The notes: generated from the letters alone by a model not told the origin. DNA of 30,074 nt from an uncultured Candidatus Saccharibacteria bacterium (GCA_964469735.1 CAYXYS010000001.1:1-30074); one strand, 5' to 3'. Shown: positions 1 through 9,530, counted from the stretch's first letter. A program made the numbers and translations.

Positions 1-1188
1 GGGCTGAAAGGTGGCTCTGGTGCCGTCGCAGTCCCTGGGATCCAGACTCAAAAGCCGGTTCTGTTTTTCCAAATCTTCTCTTAGTTTGGTGCCCGGTAAG
101 GGGGCCAACACCCATATCTGAACGGAGTGGATGCCTTGTCTTCTGGCCCAGTCGGCCGTTTTCAGGGCGGTATACTTGTCGTCTGAGTCGAAACCGGATA
201 TAAAGGAGCCGTGAACCGCTCCCAACATTCTCTTTTTCTTAAAGAGAGAAAGATATCCCTCTATTTCCTCCAGGCTTTGGCCTTTGTGCATCTCTTTAAG
301 AGAATCGGCGTTGACCGATTCAAAACCGATGCAAAGGAACTGGCAACGGGTCAGCTTTGCCAGCCTCAGCCATTCTTCGTCTTTGGCAACGCTGGCTCTG
401 ACTTGGGCTCCCCATCTGGGCATTTTGTCGAGCTTTTGGAGCATTAAAGAAAGAATTTTTTTGCTCCTTTCCATGTCGATAGCGAAGTTGTCGTCGACGA
501 AAAAGATCGATTTCGGATTAGCCCTTTTTATTTCTTCAACTACGCTTTCCGGGCTGCGGAACCTCATTTCGGGAAACATTTTATGGACGCAGCAGAAAGT
601 GCAGCGATAAGGGCATCCTCTTGAAGTTTCCATAGGGAGCATATAGCTGTTCCGCCAACCTTCTATCAGAGAAAAGTCCGGGAAAGGATAGTCGTTTAGG
701 TTGATGGGCTTTCTAAAAACCGGATTCTCTCTGACGCGCCCATTTTTCAGGTAAATAAGGTTTTCTATATTTTCCAACCCTTCTTTTTTCTCGATGGCTT
801 TGATTAGTTTGGGAAAAACCGCTTCGCCTTCGAACCTGACGATATAATCTGCTCCGCGGTATAGAGCCTCCTGGCGGTCCTTTGCCAGGGAGACATGGGG
901 TCCTCCCATTACAACGGGGCCGTTTGTTTCTTCTTTGACAATTCTCGCCAGGTCCAGTCCCCGAGGATGGGTTCCAGACAAGGCGGATATGGCAATAAGA
1001 TCGGCCTTTTTAACTTCCTTTCGCAGCTCTTCTTCGTCGATGTTTTGGACTTCTTCCATAAACAGTTTTACCTGATGGCCCTTATTCCTCAGGTCGGTCA
1101 GCAGGCTGGGCAGTCCCACCCTGACAATGTGAAGATTGCTTAAATAATGGGGCTTTGGCAGTGCGGGCTCTATTCCTATTATGTACAT
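1..1188 (-). CDS. B12-binding domain radical SAM protein (partial, runs off the window start; absent from ORF track)
   Basis: Hand translation from ATG at 1188 gives MYIIGIEPALPKPHYLSNLHIVRVGLPSLL...VVMGGPHVS...EGE...METSRGCPYRCTFC...FFVDDNF...IGFESV..., open for 396 codons to position 1. Has a CxxxCxxC motif and an N-terminal cobalamin-binding-type region. SD-like GGGAGG lies upstream. Confidence 0.9.
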   Translation of the reverse strand, partial: MYIIGIEPALPKPHYLSNLHIVRVGLPSLLTDLRNKGHQVKLFMEEVQNIDEEELRKEVKKADLIAISALSGTHPRGLDLARIVKEETNGPVVMGGPHVSLAKDRQEALYRGADYIVRFEGEAVFPKLIKAIEKKEGLENIENLIYLKNGRVRENPVFRKPINLNDYPFPDFSLIEGWRNSYMLPMETSRGCPYRCTFCCVHKMFPEMRFRSPESVVEEIKRANPKSIFFVDDNFAIDMERSKKILSLMLQKLDKMPRWGAQVRASVAKDEEWLRLAKLTRCQFLCIGFESVNADSLKEMHKGQSLEEIEGYLSLFKKKRMLGAVHGSFISGFDSDDKYTALKTADWARRQGIHSVQIWVLAPLPGTKLREDLEKQNRLLSLDPRDCDGTRATFQP

Positions 1189-1233
1189 CTGTTCCCTCCC
1201 AATATTTTTTTAAAGATCTTTTTGGTTATCAGT

Positions 1234-1262
1234 AGAATACTCCCTTTGTCTTTCAAGGTCAA
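1234..1262 (-). promoter_or_regulatory. Putative sigma70 promoter for the radical SAM gene
   Basis: Minus strand reads TTGACC-N17-TATTCT; the -35 overlaps the uvrB stop codon. Confidence 0.5.
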
Positions 1263-3196
1263 TCGGCTTTCAGTTTGGCTATCATGTCCCTTAATTCGGC
1301 TGCTCTCTCAAAGTCTAGACTTTGGGCGGCTTTCTTCATTTCCTTTTCCAGGAGCTTTATATCGTTGACCGCTCCAAATTCCACTTCGGCTGTTTCTTTT
1401 TCTTTGGCTGAGGCAAAAGGCCAGTCCCTTATGGCTTTAACTATGGCTTCGGGAGTTATATTGTGGGCCTTGTTGTATTCTTCCTGAATTTTCCTTCTTC
1501 TGGTTATTTCCTTTATTGCCGTTTTCATAGACTTGGTCGTTTTGTCCGCGTACATTATGACGTGGCCCTTGGGATGGCGAGCTGCCCTTCCCATGGTTTG
1601 GATTAAAGTGGTTTCATTTCTTAGAAATCCCTCTTTGTCGGCGTCGAGGATGGCCACCAGCCCCACCTCCGGCAGGTCCAATCCCTCTCTTAAAAGATTT
1701 ATTCCTACCAAGACGCTGAATTTTCCTTCCCTGAGGTCTCTTAATATTTGGGGCCTCTTTAATGTTTTTACTTCCGCATGGAGCCATTGGGTCTTAATTC
1801 CCTCTTCAGTTAAATAGTCTGCCAAGGCTTCAGCCAGCCTTTTGGTTAAAGCAACAACCAGGATTCTCTGTTTGTTTTCTACTCTCTTTTTAACTTCGGC
1901 TATAAGATCTTTAACTTGGTTTTCCGTAGGGCGGATTTCAATGGAAGGCTCTATTAGCCCGGTTGGGCGGATGAGCTGTTCAACAATATTCTTCTCCCCG
2001 GCCTTTTCTTTTTCAAATTCGGAAGGAGTAGCCGAAACGTAAACCGCTTGGAGAATTCTTTTTTGAAACTCTTCAAAGGTTAAGGGCCTGTTATCCAAGG
2101 CCGAGGGCAGGCGGAAGCCGTATTCGATTAAAGTGTTTTTTCTGGCCTTATCCTGGACCGACATCGCCCTTATTTGGGGTATGGTCATATGAGACTCGTC
2201 GATGAAAATGAGAAAGTCTTTTTTGAAGTAGTCTAAAAGCGTGTAGGGAGCTTGGCCGGGCTTTCTGAATTCCAGCTGCCTGGAGTAGTTTTCTACTCCG
2301 TGGCAAAAGCCGGTTTCCTCTAGCATTTCCAGGTCGTACTTAGTTTTCCTTTCCAATCTTTGCGCTTCTAGTAGTTTGTTTTGTTTTTTTAATGCCTTCA
2401 GCTGGTTTTCCAGTTCCGATCGGATGTTTTCTAAGGCAACACCTATTTTATCCTGGGGCGTTATCCAAAAGTGGGCAGGGAAGATTCGACACTCACTAAT
2501 AAAACCATGGTTGCGATTTCGAGTTTTTGTTTGGGAAATTTGCTCAATTTTTTGTTCGGAAAACTCTATTTTTAGTATTTCTTGGCCGGTGACAGAAAAA
2601 ATTTCCACAATATCGCCTCTGACCCGGAAAGTACCCGGTTTAAAATTAATATCGTTTCTTTGATACTGGAGAGAAACCAGGTGATTGAGCAAATCCTTCC
2701 TTTTAATTTTCTTTCCCGGCTCCAGCTCCAGGGAAACTTTCTGATAGGCCTCGGGAGAGCCGATATTGTAGATGCAGGACACCGAAGCCACCACGATGAC
2801 ATCGTTTCTGTTCAACAGATCCTGGGTGGCAGCGTGCCTCAACCGGTCGATTTCCTCGTTGATCCTGGCATCCTTTTCTATATACGTATCCGACTGGGGG
2901 ATATATGCTTCGGGCTGGTAATAATCGTAATATGAGACGAAATAATGGACCGCGTTATTGGGAAAATATTCCTTGAACTCCTGGTAGAGCTGGGCAGCCA
3001 GAGTTTTATTGTGGGAGATTATCAGGGTGGGCTTATTTGTTTTTTCTATGACCTTGGCCATGGTGAAGGTTTTGCCGCTTCCTGTCACACCCAAAAGCAC
3101 CTGATGCTTTTGCCCCGCAGTCAGATTTTTGACCAGTTTTTCTATTGCCTGGGGCTGGTCTCCCCTAGGTTCGTAGTTCGAAGCCAGTTTAAACAT
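1259..3196 (-). CDS. uvrB: Excinuclease ABC subunit B
   Basis: GVTGSGKT Walker A, YFVSYYDYYQPEAY, DESH, LLREGLDLPEV, QTMGRAAR, and C-terminal UVR motif LDFERAAELRD. Confidence 0.98.
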   Translation of the reverse strand: MFKLASNYEPRGDQPQAIEKLVKNLTAGQKHQVLLGVTGSGKTFTMAKVIEKTNKPTLIISHNKTLAAQLYQEFKEYFPNNAVHYFVSYYDYYQPEAYIPQSDTYIEKDARINEEIDRLRHAATQDLLNRNDVIVVASVSCIYNIGSPEAYQKVSLELEPGKKIKRKDLLNHLVSLQYQRNDINFKPGTFRVRGDIVEIFSVTGQEILKIEFSEQKIEQISQTKTRNRNHGFISECRIFPAHFWITPQDKIGVALENIRSELENQLKALKKQNKLLEAQRLERKTKYDLEMLEETGFCHGVENYSRQLEFRKPGQAPYTLLDYFKKDFLIFIDESHMTIPQIRAMSVQDKARKNTLIEYGFRLPSALDNRPLTFEEFQKRILQAVYVSATPSEFEKEKAGEKNIVEQLIRPTGLIEPSIEIRPTENQVKDLIAEVKKRVENKQRILVVALTKRLAEALADYLTEEGIKTQWLHAEVKTLKRPQILRDLREGKFSVLVGINLLREGLDLPEVGLVAILDADKEGFLRNETTLIQTMGRAARHPKGHVIMYADKTTKSMKTAIKEITRRRKIQEEYNKAHNITPEAIVKAIRDWPFASAKEKETAEVEFGAVNDIKLLEKEMKKAAQSLDFERAAELRDMIAKLKAD

Positions 3197-3203
3197 GCAC
3201 CTT

Positions 3204-3267
3204 ATTATACATATATTTTTTTATTCCTCCAAGTCTTATTGTAGAAGGCGTATATAAAAGGTAAAAT
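3204..3267. promoter_or_regulatory. Divergent uvrB/ruvA promoters
   Basis: Minus: TTGGAG-N17-TATAAT(3204-3209)-N7-ATG. Plus: TTGTAG(3239-3244)-N17-TAAAAT(3262-3267)-N6-ATG. Confidence 0.55.
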
Positions 3268-3273
3268 ACAGTA

Positions 3274-3834
3274 ATGATTCACTATTTATCCGGAAAAATT
3301 AGGCTTAAAGACGATAAGATGGTTGTGCTTGAAGTGGGCGGAGTGGGTTACAAGATTTTCTGTTCCCCCGGCACATTAGGTAAGATAACGGAAGGGCAGG
3401 ACATAAAGTTATTTACCTACTTACATCTAAAAGAAGACGCAGCCGAGCTTTACGGATTTTTAACCCAAAAAGATCTGGAGCTCTTCGAGGTTCTCAATGA
3501 AATATCCGGCGTTGGCCCGAAAACGGCAATGATGCTGTCCTCATTAGGCTCTTTGGCTAAACTTAAGGAAGTGATAGAAAAAGGAGAGTTGCCCAAAGAG
3601 ATAAAAGGAATAGGAAGGAAGAAGTCCCAGAAGATACTTTTGGAGCTGACGGGGAAGATAAACGAGATCAAGGTGGCCAATAAAACTGCGGAGCCTGATG
3701 ACGCTTTGGCCGGGCTGGTTTCCCTGGGTTTTCCCAGGCAAAAAGCCAAAGAGGTTCTTTCTCAGATTCCAAGCGATATTCAAGATACCAACTCCAGGAT
3801 TAAAAAGGCTTTGGAAATTTTAGGGAAAAGATGA
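3274..3834 (+). CDS. ruvA: Holliday junction branch migration protein RuvA
   Basis: MIHYLSGK, VGGVGY, LYGF, HhH motifs SGVGPKTA and KGIGRKKSQKILLEL, C-terminal ALAGLVSLGF. Confidence 0.95.
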   Translation: MIHYLSGKIRLKDDKMVVLEVGGVGYKIFCSPGTLGKITEGQDIKLFTYLHLKEDAAELYGFLTQKDLELFEVLNEISGVGPKTAMMLSSLGSLAKLKEVIEKGELPKEIKGIGRKKSQKILLELTGKINEIKVANKTAEPDDALAGLVSLGFPRQKAKEVLSQIPSDIQDTNSRIKKALEILGKR

Positions 3835-5057
3835 TTAAAAATTTAATTAAAAAATTGCTGCCACCTTTTGTAATAAGCTGGTATCATTTTCTACTGGCTT
3901 TTTTTGGCGCCCTTATGTACGGCTTTCCCTCAAGAAAGCTTAAGGTAGTAGGAGTGACGGGCACCAACGGAAAGACTACGGTGGTTAATATGACTGCCGC
4001 TTGTTTGGAGGCGGGCGGATACAAGGTGGCCTCTCTTTCTTCTATTAAGTTCAAAATAAAGGAGAAAGAAAAGCCCAACCTGCTGAAAATGACAATGCCG
4101 GGCCGCTTTAAGATACAAAAGTTTTTAAGGCAAGCCGCTGATGCCGGGTGCCAGTACGCTGTTTTAGAGGTAAGTTCGGAAGGCATAAAGCAGCACAGGC
4201 ACGAGTTTATTGATTTTACCGTTGCCGTATTTACCAATCTTTCGCCCGAGCACATTGAGTCTCACGGAGGTTTTGAAAACTACAAAAAAGCCAAGGGAAA
4301 GTTATTTGAGGCCGTAAAGAAAATTCACGTTGTTAATATAGACGATAAAAGCGCGGAATACTTCCTCCAATTTCCCGCTTCCCAAAAATACGGCTATTCA
4401 AACAGCGAAAGTCCAAACGATGAAGGCTTAGCCTCCATTATTAAAGGAAGGGATATTGGTTTGAAATTGCAGATGCCGGGAGAGTTTAATATTTACAACG
4501 CCTTAGCGGCAATTGCCGTCGGCCTTTCCCAGGATATCCCTTTGGAAATTTGCAAGAAGGCAGTGGAGAGCATAAAGGGGATACCGGGCAGGATGGAAAT
4601 AGTTATTAAAGAGCCTTTTAAGGTTGTAGTTGATTACGCCGTTACCCCCGATGCTTTAGAAGGATTGTATAAAACTCTAAAAAAGGAATTTTCTCCCGAA
4701 AAACTCATTTGCGTTTTTGGGTCCTGTGGCGGAGGAAGGGACAAGTGGAGAAGGCCGGTCTTGGGAGAAATAGCCGAAAGATACTGCGATAGGATAATTC
4801 TTACCAACGAAGACCCGTATGACGAGAATCCGGAAAAAATCATTGAAGATATATCTAAAGGAATAAAAGGCGAGCCGGAGAAGATTTTGGACAGGGGCCG
4901 GGCCATAAGGAGAGCTTTGGAATTGGCGTCCCCCGGCGACGCAGTTGCCATTAGCGGAAAGGGTTCTGAGCCCCAAATGGCTCTTGCCAAAGGAAAAAAG
5001 ATTCCTTGGTCAGACAGAGAAGTTGTGCTGGAACAATTTAAAGAGCTAGGCCTATGA
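3831..5057 (+). CDS. murE: MurE-like UDP-N-acetylmuramyl-tripeptide synthetase
   Basis: VGVTGTNGKTT, LEVSSEG, FTNLSPEH, FNIYNALAA, PGRME, VDYA, VFGSCGGGRDKWRRP, TNEDP, GKG. Confidence 0.82.
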   Translation: MIKNLIKKLLPPFVISWYHFLLAFFGALMYGFPSRKLKVVGVTGTNGKTTVVNMTAACLEAGGYKVASLSSIKFKIKEKEKPNLLKMTMPGRFKIQKFLRQAADAGCQYAVLEVSSEGIKQHRHEFIDFTVAVFTNLSPEHIESHGGFENYKKAKGKLFEAVKKIHVVNIDDKSAEYFLQFPASQKYGYSNSESPNDEGLASIIKGRDIGLKLQMPGEFNIYNALAAIAVGLSQDIPLEICKKAVESIKGIPGRMEIVIKEPFKVVVDYAVTPDALEGLYKTLKKEFSPEKLICVFGSCGGGRDKWRRPVLGEIAERYCDRIILTNEDPYDENPEKIIEDISKGIKGEPEKILDRGRAIRRALELASPGDAVAISGKGSEPQMALAKGKKIPWSDREVVLEQFKELGL

Positions 5058-5452
5058 AATACGAAGTCCTTTCTCACACGGCCGACTTGAGGATAAAAGT
5101 CTACGGTAAAGACGAAAAAGAACTTTTTTCCAATGCTCTCCTGGCAATGTCAGAAAGCATGAAGCCGGAATTCACAGAAGAAAAAGCAAAAAGAGAAATA
5201 GAGGTCAATTCCTTGGATAAAGCCGCCTTATTGGTGGACTTTCTTAACGAAGTTATTTACCTTAGCCAAGCCAACAAGGAAGTTTTCTTCGACGTTGAAT
5301 TTTCTGAATTTTCCGAAACAGCCTTAAGAGCGAAGATTTCAGGGAAAAAGGCAAGAAGATTTGGTGAGGACATTAAAGCCGCTACTTACCATAATCTAAA
5401 AATAAAAAAGAAAGATGACTTTTTTGAGGCGGAAGTATTATTCGACATTTAA
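5054..5452 (+). CDS. Archease
   Basis: LSHTADL at the N-terminus, IKAATYHNL, C-terminal EVLFDI; lies directly upstream of rtcB. Confidence 0.93.
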   Translation: MKYEVLSHTADLRIKVYGKDEKELFSNALLAMSESMKPEFTEEKAKREIEVNSLDKAALLVDFLNEVIYLSQANKEVFFDVEFSEFSETALRAKISGKKARRFGEDIKAATYHNLKIKKKDDFFEAEVLFDI

Positions 5453-5454
5453 TT

Positions 5455-6894
5455 ATGATTAGCAAAAGAGATTTTAAAAAGATAAATGACTGGCTTTGGG
5501 AGGTACCCAAAGATTTTAGGAATGATATGAGAGTGCCCGCCCGCACCTATCTTTCCTTAGAAATGCTCGAAGACGCCTTCAGGGACAGATCGATAAGCCA
5601 GCTGGTCAACGTGGCTACTCTGCCCGGCATAGTCGGTTACAGCATAGCTATGCCCGATATGCACGAGGGATACGGCTTCCCAATCGGAGGAGTAGCCGCC
5701 ATGAAAATAGAAGACGGAGTGATTTCTCCCGGCGGTGTGGGATATGACATCAACTGCGGAATGAAGCTCTTAGCGTCAGAGTGCACAGAAAAAGAGCTAA
5801 AGCCCTACTTAGAAAAACTGGCTGCCAAAACACAAGAAGAGGTCCCCTCTGGATTAGGAAGAGGAAGAGAAAGGATGCTGGATATTTTTTATATTGAAAA
5901 AATATTAAAGGGAGGAGCCGGAGTAGTGGTAGAAGAAGGAGAAGGGGAAGAAGAAGACTTGAAAAACTGCGAATCTGGCGGAAATCTTTCCGGCGCCGAT
6001 CCTTCTCTGGTTTCAGACCATGCCAAAAGGAGGGGCAGAGACCAAGTGGGGACTCTTGGTTCGGGTAACCATTTCCTTGAAATACAAAAGGTCGCTGAAA
6101 TTTTTGACGAAGACATAGCCAATACTTTCGGCCTGTTTCGGGACCAGGTGGTAGTAATGATACATACCGGTTCCAGAGGTTTGGGACACCAGATAGCAAC
6201 CGATTACATTAAAGTGATGATGAAGGCCATGCCAAAATACGGCATTAAGCTGCCCGACAGAGAGCTGGCCGCCTGCCCCGTAAAATCGGCAGAAGGTCAA
6301 AGGTATTTATCCGCCATGGCTTGCGGAGCTAACTACGCTTGGGCTAACAGGCAGAGAATAGCTCATTTTGTAAGGAAGTCCTGGAAGGCCGTTCTGGGAG
6401 ATAAGCCCTTAAGGGCCGTTTACGATGTTGCTCACAATATTGCCAAAATAGAAAAGCATAAAATAAAAGGAAAAGAGAGGGAGCTCTGTCTGCACAGGAA
6501 AGGGGCCACCAGGGCCTTTCCTCCCAATCATCCCGAGATTCCGGAAAAGTACAAGAAATCCGGTCAGCCCGTTTTAGTGCCCGGCTCCATGGGAACAGCT
6601 TCGTATATATTAGCCGGAGTTGAAACGGGGAAAGACGCTTTCTATTCTACTAATCACGGAGCCGGAAGAAGAATGTCTAGGAAAGAAGCCGCTAGAAGGG
6701 TTTCTGGGCAGGAGGTGGTCAAAGAACTGAGGAAAAGAGGGATAATAGTAAAATGCCAGTCTTTCAGGGGGATAGCCGAAGAGGCCCCTCTGGCCTACAA
6801 GGACATAGGCAATGTGGTGGAAGTGGTCCATCAGGCCGGGCTGTCAAAAAAAGTGGCCAAGGTGGTTCCTTTAGCTGTAATAAAAGGAGAATAA
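5455..6894 (+). CDS. rtcB: RtcB RNA ligase
   Basis: PDMHEGYGFPIGG, GYDINCG, GTLGSGNHF, HTGSRG, YDVAHN, HRKGAT, PGSMG, HGAGR and EEAPLAYK all appear intact. Confidence 0.97.
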   Translation: MISKRDFKKINDWLWEVPKDFRNDMRVPARTYLSLEMLEDAFRDRSISQLVNVATLPGIVGYSIAMPDMHEGYGFPIGGVAAMKIEDGVISPGGVGYDINCGMKLLASECTEKELKPYLEKLAAKTQEEVPSGLGRGRERMLDIFYIEKILKGGAGVVVEEGEGEEEDLKNCESGGNLSGADPSLVSDHAKRRGRDQVGTLGSGNHFLEIQKVAEIFDEDIANTFGLFRDQVVVMIHTGSRGLGHQIATDYIKVMMKAMPKYGIKLPDRELAACPVKSAEGQRYLSAMACGANYAWANRQRIAHFVRKSWKAVLGDKPLRAVYDVAHNIAKIEKHKIKGKERELCLHRKGATRAFPPNHPEIPEKYKKSGQPVLVPGSMGTASYILAGVETGKDAFYSTNHGAGRRMSRKEAARRVSGQEVVKELRKRGIIVKCQSFRGIAEEAPLAYKDIGNVVEVVHQAGLSKKVAKVVPLAVIKGE

Positions 6895-6896
6895 AT

Positions 6897-7049
6897 ATGA
6901 CAAAAAGCAAACTACCACGGGGAATAAGGTTATATATAAGAAAGGAAAAGGCTCGAATCCGCAGAGAGATTTCTTCTCCCGAGGAAAGGGAAAAGCTTCT
7001 CCAAGAGATAAGCCGAAGATTTTTCAAAAAAGATGAAAAGAAAAAATAA
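6897..7049 (+). CDS. Small basic hypothetical protein (50 aa)
   Basis: ATG 2 nt after the rtcB stop with AAGGAG upstream; MTKSKLPRGIRLYIRKEKARIRREISSPEEREKLLQEISRRFFKKDEKKK. Confidence 0.65.
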   Translation: MTKSKLPRGIRLYIRKEKARIRREISSPEEREKLLQEISRRFFKKDEKKK

Positions 7050-7196
7050 AAAATCTGTTTTGCGGGAGCTCCGGGTGCGGGCAAAACGGTTTTGGCTCCT
7101 TAAATATCCAAGCGAATCAAAAGTTTTCTTATTAAGAACAAAATATCTTACTGCCAAATAAAGGAAAGCCCCGTAGAAAGAGTTAAAAAACCTTGA
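7033..7196 (+). pseudogene. Relic of a P-loop NTPase/kinase gene
   Basis: Frame starting 7050 reads KICFAGAPGAGKTVLAP*ISKRIKSFLIKNKISYCQIKESPVERVKKP*. The ATG at 7033 joins it only through a 1-nt shift in an A-run. Confidence 0.5.
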
Positions 7197-7245
7197 GAGC
7201 ACTGAAAGCTTGATCAAAAAGAATAATTTTGTTAAACTAAACCGT

Positions 7246-8190
7246 ATGAAGGTTTCAGAAATATTCAATCTGGCAATTAAAATGGGGATTGACGCCGACT
7301 TTAGAAGCAATGAAGCGGTGGAAAAATTCCTTAGAAGAAAAAAAGAAAAGTATGAAGATATGACCGCCGAGAAAAAGGCGGAGTTTGACGAGGAAGCTTT
7401 AGCCAATCCTTATTTGGATTCCAGAATTTTAAATTTAGCTGAAGATAAAGAGATCAGGAAGGTTTTCGTGGGTATTGATATAGACACGGCTGAGCTGATG
7501 CTGGCCAAAGACCTTGGGGCTGATTTAGTTATCGGCCACCACCCAAGAGGAAAATCCCTTGCCACACTTCATGAAGTGATGGAAATGCAGTGCGACGTTT
7601 TGAGTCAGTACGGAGTTCCCATCAACGTGGCTGAGGGCCTAATGAAAGAAAAGATATCGGAAGTCGGCAGGGGAGTAAGCTCGGCTAACCACCAAAGAGC
7701 GGTGGATTCAGCCAGGCTTCTCAATATGAACTTCATTAACTGCCATACTCCTTGCGATAATCTGGCAGCTAAATTTCTAAAAAATAAAATAGACGAAGAA
7801 CAGCCCGAAAGAATAGAGGATCTTTTGAGGGTTTTGAAAAACATTGAAGAATACAAGGAGGCTATAAAATTGGGTTCTGGTCCCAGAATATTCGTAGGTT
7901 CTCCCGAAAACAGATGCGGCAAGATAGCTATGACCGAAATAACCGGAGGAACGGAAGGGTCTCCAAAGCTTTACGAAAAAATGGCTCAAGCGGGCATAGG
8001 CACAGTAGTTTCCATGCATCAGTCGGAAGAGCACAGAAAGGAAGCGGAAGCAGCCAACATTAATGTTGTTATCGCCGGACACATGTCTTCAGATTCTTTG
8101 GGCGTAAATCTTTTTCTGGACGAGCTGGAAAAACAGGGAATAGAAATCATCCCTTATTCCGGGCTTATTCGCGTTTCCCGCAACAATTAA
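7246..8190 (+). CDS. NIF3-like (NGG1p interacting factor 3 family) metal-binding protein
   Basis: VGIDID, IGHHP, HTPCDN, MH, IAGHMSSDSLG motifs. Start moved to ATG 7246 because of TTGATC-N17-TAAACT-N7-ATG. Confidence 0.8.
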   Translation: MKVSEIFNLAIKMGIDADFRSNEAVEKFLRRKKEKYEDMTAEKKAEFDEEALANPYLDSRILNLAEDKEIRKVFVGIDIDTAELMLAKDLGADLVIGHHPRGKSLATLHEVMEMQCDVLSQYGVPINVAEGLMKEKISEVGRGVSSANHQRAVDSARLLNMNFINCHTPCDNLAAKFLKNKIDEEQPERIEDLLRVLKNIEEYKEAIKLGSGPRIFVGSPENRCGKIAMTEITGGTEGSPKLYEKMAQAGIGTVVSMHQSEEHRKEAEAANINVVIAGHMSSDSLGVNLFLDELEKQGIEIIPYSGLIRVSRNN

Positions 8191-8191
8191 A

Positions 8192-8216
8192 ATGAAAGAG
8201 GCTAAACCTCTTTCAT
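8192..8216 (+). terminator. Perfect 10-bp hairpin after the NIF3-like gene
   Basis: ATGAAAGAGG-CTAAA-CCTCTTTCAT followed by GTTT. Its core AGAGG-N5-CCTCT matches the motif inside elp3. Confidence 0.6.
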
Positions 8217-8247
8217 GTTTAGTAGTCGCTCAAGGCGGCTGCCTGCT

Positions 8248-8279
8248 CCGCACCGAACTTGTTCTGATGCGGGTTTTTT
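8248..8279 (+). terminator. Second hairpin with U-tract
   Basis: CCGCA-CC-GAAC-TT-GTTC-TGA-TGCGG followed by GTTTTTT. Confidence 0.45.
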
Positions 8280-8329
8280 GTTCCTTTTTCGCTCTTGTGA
8301 GCTTATGACAAACACAGTAAAATGAAGCA

Positions 8330-9436
8330 ATGAGAACAGGAATAGCCACAGTACCCCTGGATTACGGCCATTGTCCCAGATGGCTGTTTGAAAGGATGAA
8401 AAGGCTCGGCCGGGGGATCGCCACTGCCATTGTGGAAGAATACGGCCCGGACGAATTTTTAAAAAGACTCTCCAATCCGGTTTGGTTCCAGTCTTTGGGA
8501 TGTGTTTTGGGATTTGATTGGAACAGTTCTGGCCTTACCGTCACGACCCTCGGGGCATTGAAAGTGGGGCTGTTTGATATTCAGGATAGGTTAGGCATTT
8601 ACGTTTGCGGAGGCAAGAGGGAATCTAGAAAAACTCCCGACGAGATTACCGCTTACGGCATTTCCAGGCAGCTGGAATTTGCTCCCGATCTCGTTTATGC
8701 TTCCAAAATGGCAGCTAAAATAGATTCGTCCCTGATCCAAGACAAATACCAAATTTACCAGCACAATTTTCTTTTTACAAAATCGGGAAACTGGGCGGTC
8801 ATCCAGCAGGGAATGAACACCAACAATCAGACGGCTAGGAGGTATCACTGGCTTTCTTCCAGAGCTAAAGATTTTATCGAAGAACCCCATAGCGGCATAG
8901 TTTCTCAGGTTTTCGGGAAGCCCTTAAACCTTACCTCCAAAGACAGTTCGGAAAACAGGAATATAAGCTTGGCTCAAATTCAAGAGGAGCCCAAAACAAT
9001 TTTAAGAAATTTAGATTTAATACAAACCAAAACTTCGAGGAATCTTACTTTAATGGAGCTTTACGACAAGGAATTCCATTGGCATCCGGTAGCAGAAGAA
9101 AAGTTTGACTTAAAGCGCCTGCAAAAAACCATAGCAATAGCTTCTGACCGCTCCCCCAAAAAGTTCGAAGAGCTGGTTTCTTTGAGAGGCGTCGGTCCTA
9201 AAACGATAAGGGCCTTATCTTTGGTGGCGGAATTGATTTACGGAGCCAGGCCCTCTTACAAAGATCCGGCCAGATACAGTTTTGCCCATGGAGGAAAAGA
9301 CGGAACTCCTTACATGCCAGACCCTGCTGAGATGGATAAAACCATCGACATAATAGAAAAAGGGATTAAGATAAGCCAGGTATCCCTTAAAGAAAAAGAG
9401 GGCGCTCAAAAGAGATTGACTCAATTCGCGCTGTGA
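8330..9436 (+). CDS. DUF763 family protein
   Basis: LDYGHCPRWLFERM, NPVWFQSLGCVLGFDWNSSG, WAVIQQGMN, ARRYHW, HhH GVGPKTIRAL, DPARYSFAHGGKDG. Confidence 0.88.
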   Translation: MRTGIATVPLDYGHCPRWLFERMKRLGRGIATAIVEEYGPDEFLKRLSNPVWFQSLGCVLGFDWNSSGLTVTTLGALKVGLFDIQDRLGIYVCGGKRESRKTPDEITAYGISRQLEFAPDLVYASKMAAKIDSSLIQDKYQIYQHNFLFTKSGNWAVIQQGMNTNNQTARRYHWLSSRAKDFIEEPHSGIVSQVFGKPLNLTSKDSSENRNISLAQIQEEPKTILRNLDLIQTKTSRNLTLMELYDKEFHWHPVAEEKFDLKRLQKTIAIASDRSPKKFEELVSLRGVGPKTIRALSLVAELIYGARPSYKDPARYSFAHGGKDGTPYMPDPAEMDKTIDIIEKGIKISQVSLKEKEGAQKRLTQFAL

Positions 9437-9530
9437 AAAAATATTCTTCCAGAAAAGCCAAAAAAGGGAGAATCGCTTACCGAACTCCCAGTCTCGTGAG
9501 ATATAAATTAGTTTTGAAAAACAGAAAAAG

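Noticed and set aside
211-1143. Plus-strand ORFs 211-447, 284-610 and 895-1143
   Set aside because: They are antisense shadows of the radical SAM gene on the minus strand and have no motifs.
2500-2530. AACCATGGTT palindrome in a variable uvrB segment
   Set aside because: A 10-bp palindrome is expected by chance in 30 kb and no second copy was seen.
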